NCBI GenBank assembly: GCA_964057225.1
Contig: OZ059899.1
Span: 15,500,001 to 15,564,000 of the forward strand
From: Auanema rhodensis
Lineage: Eukaryota; Animalia; Nematoda
Length of the DNA stretch: 64,000 bases
Direction of reading: 5' to 3'
Positions 51,131-64,000 of this stretch are shown one piece after another. Numbering within the stretch: position 1 is the stretch's first letter; each line of letters opens with the position of its first letter. Made by a program: the position numbers and the translations under genes. Below the pieces are notes generated by a model. It was not told the DNA's origin. It was given only the letters and a program-made list of their open reading frames with translations, and did not search any database.

Positions 51131-53220
51131 TGTATCTCTTCGCACTAAAATACATACACGCGTATACATATACCTGAGCTTTAGGTTTCTTCCCCTCTCT
51201 CTTAACTCTCTCTCACTATAGAAAAGTATTTAAGCTTATGGATACGAGAACTTCACGTCAAATCAAAAATGTTATTTTCTCGTGTGTGGGCTTGTAAAGC
51301 GGTTGTATCTCATGCATATCTACTTCCTGTGATGTTCTTTTTCAATTTGTCTGCAATCGTCTGTTCTCTGCCTAATAGACCTTACTAGTCAGCCAAAAAG
51401 AGAGAGAGAGGGAGATAGAGATAGATAGATAGAGAGAGAGAGAGTGAAAGAGAGAAAAGAAGAGAATAAAATAGAATGTAGTGACTTCATTTACTCTTCT
51501 CTCCTTCAAATACAGAACAAACTATTCCAGTATACAGTATATGTTTTCATATTCTTAATAAAATGACGAATTCAAGGTAGTTACGAAGTCAGACCACATT
51601 ACTCCTCTTATCCAATAGGTGAACGCAAACTCTTGTAATTTCCATAAGCTACTATGCTTTGAAGAGAGGATTTTGTGATCTGATCAAGTTCAAGAAAGTA
51701 ATGACTATTGGAAGTTACATATGTTGTTATCATAGTTAAGTAAACTATTTTCATCTTCGTATACATCATTTATCGATTTTTTTCTTAAATTCTTGATGAT
51801 TTTCTATTGAAACTTGAAATTATTTTTAGTTAAAATATACATACATATAGCATATGCATATGAAATTTGTATTTTATACATTTAATTCCTTTTGATTGAA
51901 ACTACTGGAGATTCCAGCTTGAACTCTTCAAATCTATTTTCTTGTTCTCTCTCTCTCTTTCTCTCTAGTTTTCTCTCTATCTCCTCTCTATGCAGGTATG
52001 TATATATGTGTGTGTGTGTGCTTCTTCCTCTGCCACCCCATTCAACCATATGTCGATGATTGAGAGAAAGAAGTTTGATATTGAAACTTTATCTGGTTAT
52101 CTGATAACTGTTTTTTTGTCTTGATTGGAAGATATGACAAAGAAAGAGAAAGAGAGAATATTAAGTTTAGGAGGAAGAAGAGAACCAAAGGATCGAACTG
52201 TCTCTATTCTTAACCATGTTGTGTCTCATGCACCTGAATTTCGCGCACTTGTTCTTTCAACCCCTGCTTCTGCTATTGACGGTACTTTTAAGGTGATAAG
52301 CTTCAAACTGGAAGATATGTGTAGGAGAGATGATAGATGACGGTTATTGAAGAAGAGGCTAAGAGAGTAGGAGACCAGAGACAAAATTCAAAATCATAGA
52401 GAAATGGAAAGAAATATAGATAGAAAGAGAGTGGAAAAGAAGTGGCGATGCAATGAATTTGATAGCAAAACGGGGCAGAGCAGAGAAAAAGAAACCCAAG
52501 AATAGCTTGAGATGATGGAGAAAGTGAGAGAAAAGGAATACGAGCGAGAGATAGAAGTCCTTATGAAACGACGTGCTGCACATAGAACTGTATCGAGACG
52601 ATGACACACAGACACACTCACACATGCACATGCCAAGTGTGTTATAACCTCAGCATAGCACCTTGACCAGCATAATAGCTGAATTCCATCAACGTCTTTA
52701 TCCTTAATCATCCACAAGACCATACTAATGCATTCGTTGTTCGTGTCTGTGTTGTTCGTTTACTCTTCTCATTGGCAGTTTTGAGTCGTTTTTCGCTCCG
52801 AACTTCCTGATTAACTTTGGAAGTTAACGATTTATTCTTCATATTCTCTCCTTTTCTTTTCCTGATTTTGTTGAACTTGATAGTATAGAGAGAGAGAGGG
52901 GATGCCAGAGAGGAAAAGAGAAAGTTCTAACTTTGAAAGAGAGAGAGAGGGAGAGAGAGAGAGATTTAAAAAGAGAAAAGGTTATGAAGGGAATAATTTA
53001 GATAGAAGGTTGAATGATATCTATAGAGAACAAGAGAGAAAAAAAGAGGGAGAGATATTATATATGAAGAAAGGAAGGGAGAACGAATGAAAAGCTGTTG
53101 GGTAAGAAGAGAACTAAGAGAATCGATTCCAAGCTCCCGTTCTACTTCATATATCTGTCCTCTCTTTCTGGTTTGGCTTAGCTCTCTCTATCTCAATCTC
53201 TCGCTCTCTCTCTTTCTTTT

Positions 53221-53261
<41 letters not shown>

Positions 53262-53323
53262 TTTCTCTTACTCTCCCTCCGTTCGTTCTCCTTCTATCTA
53301 AGAACACAGCCAGAGCATAAAAG

Positions 53324-53384
<61 letters not shown>

Positions 53385-53688
53385 AGAGAGAGGAAAATGA
53401 ATTAGCTAAGGAAGTAAAAAAGGGCGAATAAGTAAATGAAGAAGCGCATAATAAATATTATCGTAATCATATTTTATTTTTAACAGTAACAACTAGCTTT
53501 TCCAATGTTTTTTTTATCTTCAAGACCTTTTAAGACTTGTTATGTGACTGAGTATTTCACAACTATGTTCAAATCAATCTTATTCATTTCTTTATATTTT
53601 TCATTTTTTTGGTTAAAATGTGAAAGTTTGTCTTTATTCATACCGCTCACTCCGATGATCTTTTCATCATTTTCTTTCATTTTCATCT

Positions 53689-53742
<54 letters not shown>

Positions 53743-54093
53743 TTGTATATGATCTCTTTATACATTGCATATCAACCTCATATGGAAAAGCGTCTCATCA
53801 TGAAAGCTAATATCTATCTCAGACCTCCCCCCTCACCATTTTCTGAGGTTTCGAGAACGTTTCTATGAAATTTCTTATCTGTTCTTGCTTTCACTCCTTG
53901 CAGTATAAAACAATTCAAACGATATGTTCTGAGCAGGAACATTTTCCGTGTGAGACGAATAATCATTCTTATGTCTTCTTCCTCAATTACTTTTCTCCAT
54001 TTCCATCGTTTTTCCTTTTTTTCTATGTCCTCACGATCGCCTTAGTGTTTCTCGAATTCATTTCAATTATCATATCATGTTAAAAGAAAGAAA

Positions 54094-54193
<100 letters not shown>

Positions 54194-55570
54194 GAGAAAG
54201 AAACAAACAAGGGGGGGGAATGAATACAAAGGCTATGAGGATAGATGTGGGAGAAGAAAAGTTAAAGATTAATATTCGCTGATGACCATTTTTCCTATTT
54301 TGTTTTTGTTGTTAATCTGATGACAGTCCCCCTAGCCTTATTTGCCTGCTGACACACTCGAATAAGCAGCACAGCCCAAGAGAGAGAGAGAGAGAGAGAG
54401 AAGTAAGGGCAGAGTGGACATAGAAAATCAAAACACATTTAAAACATATAGATAACTATAGCAAACTGAGAAAAAATAGATTTATTATTAATTTTTTAAT
54501 TGAAATACAGTAAAGTTGCTGCAAATCTGTGTAAGCTTGAGTGAGCGCATGCTCTTGCTTTTCACTTTTTCTCTGTTTGAGGGGGAGATTAACGGTGCAT
54601 CATTCTCTCCCTCACTCCAACTTTCTCTCCTTCTGATCCGTTTCTCTCATTTTCATTGAAGAGATTACAAGTAATATTTGTATAATATTCTTTAAAAATG
54701 AAAAAATAATTATGAGAGTGAGGACGATGATGATGTTTATGAAGCTAAAAGAGAAACTTCTATTTGAAAATGAAAGAGAGAGAGAGAAGAGTATTCATTG
54801 ACTGTAACAGCCGATAAAGATAACTGATCAGCTGAGATTTATGATCGTCTATAGATTGACCAAATATACTTTCAGCTGACCAATCTATATAGAATTCTAT
54901 GATCAGAACGTCATTCCTCTAAAACCATCTTAATCATCTATACGTCCTCAAAGACGATGTCGATCACTGACCCACACTTCTTTCATTTGCTCAATCTCTC
55001 ATCGTATTTCATTTTGAATAGCCTTGATGATGTAAATCGTCAAGCGAGGAGGTGCGGAGAGGGGGGGGGGGTTTGATGGAGAAGGCTCAGGTTGAAACAC
55101 GAACGCCCAGTTCGGCCAGAAAAAAACAATCAAATAAACTATTGTTAGGAGAGCAGATTGTTATATTCTCTTTTCAAATACCAAATATCAATATATATTA
55201 CTTGAAAAGAAGCTGAGAATAGCTGATGATTGTCGTTGTAGCAAATCAATAGTCTTGTAATTCATTCATTGAAATGTTCTCTTTTCCTGATAAGGTTTAT
55301 GATGAGAAATTGGTGAAATTAATGTAAAAAACAACGATTATCATAGGAGAAAAGGATGTTTTTCTTCTTCTTAACTATATAAAGAAGTTCATATACTATG
55401 TGGTGATGATTTAGTTGTATCTCTGTGTTTCCTTCTGCTTCGTGCTCAACGTTGTTACCATAAGTGTGGGGGTCGGAGTCGTGGTGAAAATTTCAATTTT
55501 TGCCAAAAAGCTTTGCTCCGAAAACAGCTGGTATTGAGATGGAATGTGAGAAACAAGGAAAAAGGATGAC

Positions 55571-55603
<33 letters not shown>

Positions 55604-55911
55604 AAGGTAGAGAGAGAAAAAGAGAGAGAGAGAGAGAGTTAGAAAGGGAGAGGAGAGGTTGGACTAGTATAGAGAAAAAGGAAGAGAAAGAGTGGGACAG
55701 AGTAACAACAAAGAATCAGACGATAACACACACACATACATACACACATACATGCATATACATATACTGAACAGAGTCCAATAGGCTTGACTACTGGACG
55801 TATCCGATTGTTGTGAAACGGAAACAGTTAACTTCCATTTTGAATGAATGAAGAGTTAATCTACTCTTTTAAATAATTTAAACAAGAAATCTTTCATAGA
55901 CATGCTGATAG

Positions 55912-55960
<49 letters not shown>

Positions 55961-57317
55961 GAGAAATTAGTTGGGGTACGAGGTGTAGAAGGCGGCTTCA
56001 AGGAATAAGATGAAAGAAACAGAAATTGTCATTATCATCGTTCACATAGAGATGCCAAGCATGCCATCAAAGTGCTCCACATGAATAAAAAGGGAAAAGA
56101 TAAAAGATAGAGAGAAAGATAGAGAGAGGTAAGAGACTGAGAGATCATGAAGATGACAAGAGAAGTCATCTCTCTCTATCTATCTATGTATTAGGTTTAG
56201 TTGAATTTCATTGAAAATGGAAGAACCCACTTGATGTTCATGTAGCCATGTTGCACTACAAGTGTCATCGTCAGTATCGTCAATGATTGTCTGATGTATA
56301 TGCATGTGCATGTGGACATCGTCGTCAGCCAACTACTACTTTAACAACCGACGGCAATAACGAAGCACTGATTATGCGACGATAAATTTTGATATTGTAG
56401 CCATCGTCTTTGACGAGGACGACAACAAAGAAGGAGAAGAAGAAGAAGAAGAAGAAGATCAACAGACTGTCAACTATGCTGTCGTTTTGACGAATCATAT
56501 TCGAATCGTTCATTTGATTCTGATATAGATCGTACTTTCTGTCTGTCTGTGGGTGTACGACTCTCTCTCTCCTTCTCTCTCTCCTTCTCTCTCTCTATTC
56601 CTCTACTCATCATCCATTCTCTACATCTATCTCTCATACACGTTTTTCTCTTTACTGTCGTTAAAGCTTCTCAGCATGCCATTGCATGGTAGGTACAGCC
56701 ACACGTTCTAATGATACACACATAATAGATGATGATGACGACGAAGATATCCAGCTTCAGTAGACACAGATTTTTTACATTCAGACATCATTCAACCTCT
56801 TTACCCCTTCCTCTTCCCTCCGTCTCTCTTGCACTCGTCCCCTCTCTCTCTCTCTCTCTCTCTCTCACACATATCATTTGAACATATTAAGTTCATTAGA
56901 CTTTAGTCCGGTATTTGACTTTATACATCAATTAGCTAACTACTACAGCATAGTTATTTGTCATTAACTATATGTCTTATATACTTTACTATCATGTATA
57001 TAGTATAATATCTTTTCTATATATGTCTACTCTCTACTAGTAATGTCTGTATTAACCATCATGATGATGATCATCATGATCATTATTACTTTATCTCTAC
57101 CTCTCACCCCTTTCTCCATCTCTTTCTACCACCCATACTACACCTCTTACTATCTTCATACTCTTTACTGTCACAACCATCTATAACTTCATCAAGTCAT
57201 CTTCAATCGCTGTTATCATGTTTGTCGTCAATAGCTTACATACACTCTTCTTCCTTATACATAAGACAGTTACTGGCCAATGTATCTAGAAAATGAGAAA
57301 AAGGGTAAGGCAGATAT

Positions 57318-57369
<52 letters not shown>

Positions 57370-58909
57370 GCAACTAGTGTGAGAAACATAAGGCATAGGT
57401 TAAAGCTTGAAAGAGATTTTTCTCATTAAAAAGATTACTTAAAGCTTAAAATAAACTTGATATCCATATGATCATTCTATCTCATTCTTCTCCATGTAAG
57501 AGCTTGCTGAATCTTTGAATCCAATACCCTAGTGTTGAGCTGTATCTCTGTCGTATTTCATGTATTTCCCTATATAGATCTGCACGTATCACTTTGTACT
57601 TCTCTCCCTATATGTATATATAAACCTTTTCTTATTCTCTTTTTTCATCATAAAGCCTTAATTTCTCTCTTTCCCTCTCTTCCAGCTACTCTGTCTTTGG
57701 TATATGTATCGATTTTTCACATGTGTATGGGTGCTATCTGATTTGTTGATTCTCTCAGGCAGACCCCGTCGCTAGCCAGAGTGAAAGGAGACTCAATCTT
57801 TCTCTCTCTCTCTCTATGTCTCTTCTTTTCTCTCTTTTTCTGTATCTTCACGCCCTGATGACTGCTGTTCGTTCTTCAGTGAAACAGGACACAGCTAATG
57901 GCGTTAACGGTGAACATCTTCACTTCTGGAGCAACACCTACTATCACGTCGTTGTAGTCTTCATGCTACATCATGCTTACTATGCGTTTCAAGTCACTCA
58001 GCGCCCTCCTCTTCAGGAACATATTAGGTAAACAACGTGAAGCATTCTGAATCTATTAGAAGCAGTGCTAGTGATGACTTCATAGAAAGTCCATGCATGA
58101 CAACATTTAAGAGGTTCGAAAAGAAGAATTAGTCAGAATAGAAGAGAGAACTATGAGATATTGGATAAGGCAGTAGTTTGGCAGAAAGATTAATACAGAG
58201 AGAATGAGTGAGTGAGAGAGAGAGAGAGAAAAAAAAAAAGAAAAAGAGAGAGGGAGTGGAAGTGAAAGAGTAAAGCATTTCAGAAAGAGATGGAGAGAAA
58301 TCTTCGAAGAAAAAACGTTTAAGTACAATAAATTCATGAAGGTATAACAGCCAATACAACCAACATTTCAAACTTGACAGGCTCATCAGCATGTATTCAG
58401 GACTTATGAAGTTCATAGCTATAAGGAATACATTGTCTTATGGCTTATGTAAGTTTCAACATTACCTACAAATGCTCATATTCGTAAAAGACATTATTGA
58501 CAATTCATCCGACTTTACATCTTCATTTCAAGCTCTACCATTTCCTTTTCTTCCACATATCTTTCTTTCTCTTTCTCTCTCTCTCTCTCACACTCAATCT
58601 CTCCCTCTCTCTCTATCAATTTCTCTCTCTTTCTTTCTCCCTGTCTCTCTCCCTTTCTGTATATATTTTGGTTAATTGATCTATTGTATTCAATTTTTTT
58701 GATTATTTGAACTTAAAAGAAACAGTTGTTCCTTCCATATTCACAGCTTACTTTCTCATTTTAAGGTTCCATACAATAGGCCACATCTATCTAACTATCT
58801 CTATACATTTATTTTTTTTTCACAACCATAAACTCATAATATTTCCTTCTATTTCGCCGTCTTTTCTCTACTACTCCTCTTTTTCTTTTCTCTACCTCGT
58901 CCTCTCTCT

Positions 58910-58949
<40 letters not shown>

Positions 58950-59983
58950 TCTATTATTTTCTATTCCCTCTTTCTGTGTTTTACTCTATACACCACATCC
59001 CCCTCCCCCTACTATGCTTCTCTCCTTCTCTCTCTATCTCTTTCTCTTTTTCTCTCTCTTACACTCTCTTTTTCTATCTATCTCTATCTATCTCTTCTCC
59101 TCCTCCACCAGCATTGCCAGCCCACCCAACACATACATACACATACACACATACACACACACACACACACACACCGTCAAGCTATCTGAGGCTGTCCTTC
59201 TTTGCGTTTCTTCACTCTCTCTCCATCATTCTCTCTAATCGTTGTCAAACTCTCTTCATATACTATGTTATTTCATCCATTTTTCATGTTAAAATGTCTC
59301 ATCATACTACATACTCTCTGATCTATCTCTTGCCTTTTAGTCTAACATTCTCTTCATTCCCAATGTTATTCTACTCAGCTGTTTAGTTGTCGGCCCTCTA
59401 TGAACTATTCCGTGATGTCTCACAGACAGAGACACTTCTTCTGTCTCCTCCACTCTTTGCTGTACCCCAAGTCCCTCTTAGGTCTTCCAGCTCAATTCTC
59501 ACCCTTTATAGCTCTTTCTCTCTTTATTTCTCTTAGTGGAACTTCTAGAGTCTCAAGCCATTGATCATCTAATTATCTCTTTAATATCAGGTTGTTTCTC
59601 ATTGTCGCCCTTTCGTTCCTCTCTTGCCTCGTCAATAATAACTCATTGAACGCAGAAGCAAACGATATAGTTGTCTGTTAACTAGCCTCATCCAGACATC
59701 CGAACGAACTCACACAAGGCATTGTCATGATAACGAGAACGTTTCGTCTACTATTTTGCCTCAGGCCCAATTGGCTCCTCATGTTCGCCACCACCGTTCA
59801 CTTTCGTTCACTATCAAAATCGCCTTTTCAACTATTGTCATAGCATCTGACAGCCTACTAATGATTTTTCCTTATTCCTCTATTTAGATGAACATATGTA
59901 TGCACATTCATCAGGCTTGTGGTCCTACTGTTTCTCATATCACGTGTTTCAACCTTAAGTTCTGAAAATTCATCTTTCCCCCC

Positions 59984-60039
<56 letters not shown>

Positions 60040-60974
60040 TTTCTCTCTTTCTATCTATCTATCTATCTATCTCTCTTCGTAATTCTACTACTACTTGAAG
60101 AAATTTCTCTGATAATCATCCAGCTAGCAGCCAGACTACGTGAAACCATGACAAAGCCATCAGCTGAAAATTCATCAAACATTTCTTTATTTGAATGTTA
60201 TCGATAATTGATCTGTGCCGTTTGTATATCAGAAGATATTCATATGTATATGTGACATCTTCATCCTTTCACAGCTTATTCTCCTTATTCGTCTTCATCG
60301 TCTTCCATTTCGTCATGATGATGTCGCTTTCCTCAACTTCTGCACAGCCTACTCCTTCTCTACTTTCTTTCCAACCCTCTCAGCTCCCTCCCTCCTCCTC
60401 CTCCCTCTCTCTATCTCTCTCTGTTCGATCATTTCTCCACAGTCTTTCCATTTCATACTCTCTATTATACCCTCTTTCATCCTTATCATTGATTATTTTT
60501 ATCTTATAATCATGATCTATTTCTAGATTTCTTTTATTTTTTTTGTTATTTCCTTTACTATAACTATGACATAAACTATGTGATTACTATGTGCATAGGT
60601 ATCATCATATGTATGTTGCACTATATGTCCGCTTTCTCACCATCTTTTACCATCTTTCCGTTACGTTTCATGATCGTTCTTTGAACAGAAACTTTCAGTA
60701 GACTTGATCACAGTGTATAACTGAATACAAAACACGAGATAGATAGTGTATAAGGTTGCGAAGATACGGAGGGAAAACAAGAGAGAGAGAGAGAGCAAGA
60801 GAGAGAGGGAGAGAGAAAAAAGAGAGGAGACGAACGAGTGAACTGCTCGATTGGCTTGCGGTAGCGTTCAATGGCCGTCTCTTATGCGTCTGTGTGTCCA
60901 TGTGTGCATCCAATAGTTCCGATTGATCTTTTCTACTCATCGTATCCTCCAACTCTTGCTATGTTCTTCATCAT

Positions 60975-61017
<43 letters not shown>

Positions 61018-63075
61018 TTCTCTCTTTAGCGGTATTTCCTCGTTCAGCACCTCGTATGCAACGTTTTTCCTTCTAAATATCTTTCTTTTGCCCTCATCTT
61101 TCCTTCTTCATTCATTCATTTAATTTCATGTATGACTTTCATCCAGATAGATAGATAGTCTCTGTGTTCCTTCATTCTCTTGTTGAAGTCAAATTCCGAA
61201 CAACTTATTTGCAAATCATCTTTTCTCCCGTTTCTCCTCCTTCTCCTCTTCTCTTCGTCGTTCGTTCCTTTTTTTCTGTGTTCTTCTCGGCCAGATGAAG
61301 GTCTTGTTGATCGTCTGTTACTCTGAGAGATGTTATTGGGCCAAGCCGAATGTTTGTTTCAGGGCCCCAGAGTAGAAGAGAGAGAAAGAAAGAAGAAGAA
61401 ATAGAGAGAGAGAGAGAAAGAGAGAAAGAGAGAGAGAGGGAGAGAGAAAGGGGGTGGGGGTTGATGACGACAACTAGAAGGAGGGTGACATTGTGAAGGA
61501 AAAAAGAGTAACAGCTTAGCAGTTAGAAACAAGCTGGGAAAGCTTTAGAGGTGCAGATAATAATGACGACCATGCTTAGACAGGCATTGAGCAAAACGAG
61601 ACTCGGTGGTCTTTTCTCATAAAAACTATCGGATTTATTTAGTCGTGTCACTACTTCAATGCTCAATCCAAATTATGATGTTATAGTCTATCCCCTCTCT
61701 CTCTCTTCGTTTCATAATTGACTCCATAGTACGTACATGTAATGCTCTTCTGCCTACTCTCGGTCGCTTTTCTTTTTTATTTTTCCTTTCTAATCTTGAC
61801 GTTTATCTCAAAAATAACCCGATCCTAGCTCCTTCTTTTCTTTTTCTGTTTCTCTCCTTTCATATTCTCCCCCTTTCTCCCTTTCTCTCTCTCTCTCCCT
61901 CTCTCTCTCTTCCTCCTTTCTATCTATCTTCTTCATGAGATTAGCAGTCTGTGATCTCTAGTTCACGTTTGATACAAATGATTTCCGGATGTATCCTTAT
62001 ACACCTGTATTTCAAGACAATCTTGTGATGAACATTTCCTCATTTTCATTCCAAAAATATGATGAAAAGCATGTTGAAGCCTAGTAAGAATGAATGAATC
62101 TCATCCATCGTTTTCAGTCTTTATCATCATTGTCTTCATCTTCATCATCTTATTCTTCTTCTTCTTCTCTTTCGCCGTCTTCTTCTTCTTCTTCTTCATC
62201 ATCATCATCACAATCAAGCATGACATCAATCTGAAAACGAAGATCATCTCCTTGTCGTTGTCGTCGTCACCAATTTCCATTTTCGTTCTGCATCGTTCAA
62301 CTATGGTGGTGATGGTGTGTATGTGTATGCATGTGTGTATGTGGTGGTAGTAGGATGGATGGATGAATGGATGGAGAGAGAGGAAGGGTGCTTGCTTCAT
62401 AATACATCGGGTTATAGACTTTTTGCTTGTTCGCAATAGTTATCGACGACAGTATAGAATAAAAAAAGTGAGAAAGATTGGACTGAAGGAGAGAGACTGG
62501 ATGTCTAACTGGACCGTCAACTCCTAGTCGTCGTCGTCGTCGTTGTCGTCGTCGTATACGATGCTTGTCTGTATCTGTAGTAAGCCAAATCATATACTGC
62601 TATTAGACGATATGAGTCTTTTCATTGTTGTCATTCATTATCTTTTCCTTTTTCATATACAAAACCATTAATTGAACATCTTATTGATAACTATGCAAAT
62701 ATTGAGATCAAATGAAGAATTTTTTTTGTCTCTTATGACCTCCATCATCTATCCAATCTTCCATTCAGAGCCCGCCAAACCCTCCGGCATACGACATGTT
62801 CTCATCGTTTCAGAACTTCAGCAGTTAACGAAACAAACCATAAGGATTAGAAGAGGAAAAGATGATAGATGAAAGGTGCATGAGAGAGTCAAAAGACAGA
62901 GAGAGAAATAGAGATAGCGATAGAGCAGAAGATAGTCAATCTGTAGTCTGGCGGATGGCTGATTATGAGACAACATATGTATTATAAGATACATACTTAT
63001 CAAATTCTTTATTAAGAATTGAAACATTCTTTTCAAAATCTACGATTTCTCTCTCTTTCTCTCTCTCTCTTTCTT

Positions 63076-63121
<46 letters not shown>

Positions 63122-63740
63122 AACTGTTCTTACTTATATTATTTATGCTGAAATCATACACCTTTGATACTTTTTAATATTTTAAATTTCTCTTTTATAT
63201 TTTTATTTTTAAGACTTTATTTCACTTCTTCCCAAACTTTTCTTCCTCTTTCTCTTTTTCTTTCATTATCTGTTTTGTTTTCTTTAATTTATTTTCGTAA
63301 AATTGATTTCATTATAGTTACAGTCGAATTTATATTTTTTTTTATTTTCAGAAAAACTTATACAAACATACTTTTAAAATCTTAAACATATTATATGGAA
63401 TTGATTCACCCCCTGCAGTAGGTTTGGCTTTTAATTATGATTTGTTTTTATTTTTGTTGACACGCTGTTTGTTATTGACTTTCTTTATATTTTCTTTTTT
63501 TTTTCAAATATTGTTTTCACTATTATTACTTTATTAACACTTCTTCTTCATTTCTTTCTATTCATTTTTCTTTAATTAGCATACGTGCGATTAGTTCACG
63601 TTTTCTACATGAAAATGCGATTGAAGTTCATTTGTTCAGTTTTGCAGATATTGCGCGCGGTTGTTCTTCGTTGCTCAGACTTTTTTTCTTTGCGTTTTTC
63701 TTACCTCTTAACATACTCTCTCTATTTCTCGTTTTTTCTG

Positions 63741-63777
<37 letters not shown>

Positions 63778-64000
63778 TTAGCTTTCCTTAACTTTTGATA
63801 TTTTCGTTTTTCTTTTCATTCATTACTATTTGAATCATTGTATTCCATTTAATTGAAATATTTAGTTATATAGAGTAGTTAATCCTTTGTTTTTATATAT
63901 TAACTATATAATATATAGATATAGATAATATTCATTATCTATCTCTTTCAATTCTTCTTCTATCTTTACTATAGAAATCAGATGTTCTACCTCTTTATTA

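Noticed and set aside
57057-57083. Palindromic ATCATGATGATGATCATCATGAT
   Set aside because: Junction of ATG and CAT triplet repeats; low complexity.

Overview
Eukaryotic DNA, almost certainly from a rhabditid nematode. It is AT-rich, has many 40-60 nt introns and 3' splice-like (trans-splice) acceptors just before start codons, and encodes C. elegans-like proteins. The species cannot be fixed from sequence alone. All gene models were spliced by hand, and most ORF-track entries are exon fragments or microsatellite artefacts. Gene block 1 (1-17 kb): the 5' end of a mitochondrial-type phosphatidylserine decarboxylase (PSD, copy A), a SPOUT1-family methyltransferase, an ELMOD protein, mlc-4, HIBCH/hach-1, a MULE-derived (ZSWIM3-N/FAR1-like) DNA-binding protein, and a complete second PSD (copy B) with a different N-terminus. 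Gene block 2 (28.6-37.2 kb): an unusual galectin-fold protein, a KH-domain protein, a small 4-TM protein, tRNA-Ser(GCT) and SRFBP1/BUD22. The regions at 17-25.5 kb and 37.3-64 kb contain no recognisable genes and are dense in (GA/CT)n microsatellites. Best leads: (1) two PSD paralogs that appear to split mitochondrial and non-mitochondrial N-termini between separate genes; (2) a galectin-like protein with degenerate sugar-binding residues, LPSY, PTAP and PPVY late-domain motifs, PG repeats and a His7-Cys tail, a candidate NEDD4/ESCRT adaptor; (3) a G.U-rich, potentially bistable hairpin in a PSD intron; (4) three GC-AG introns.
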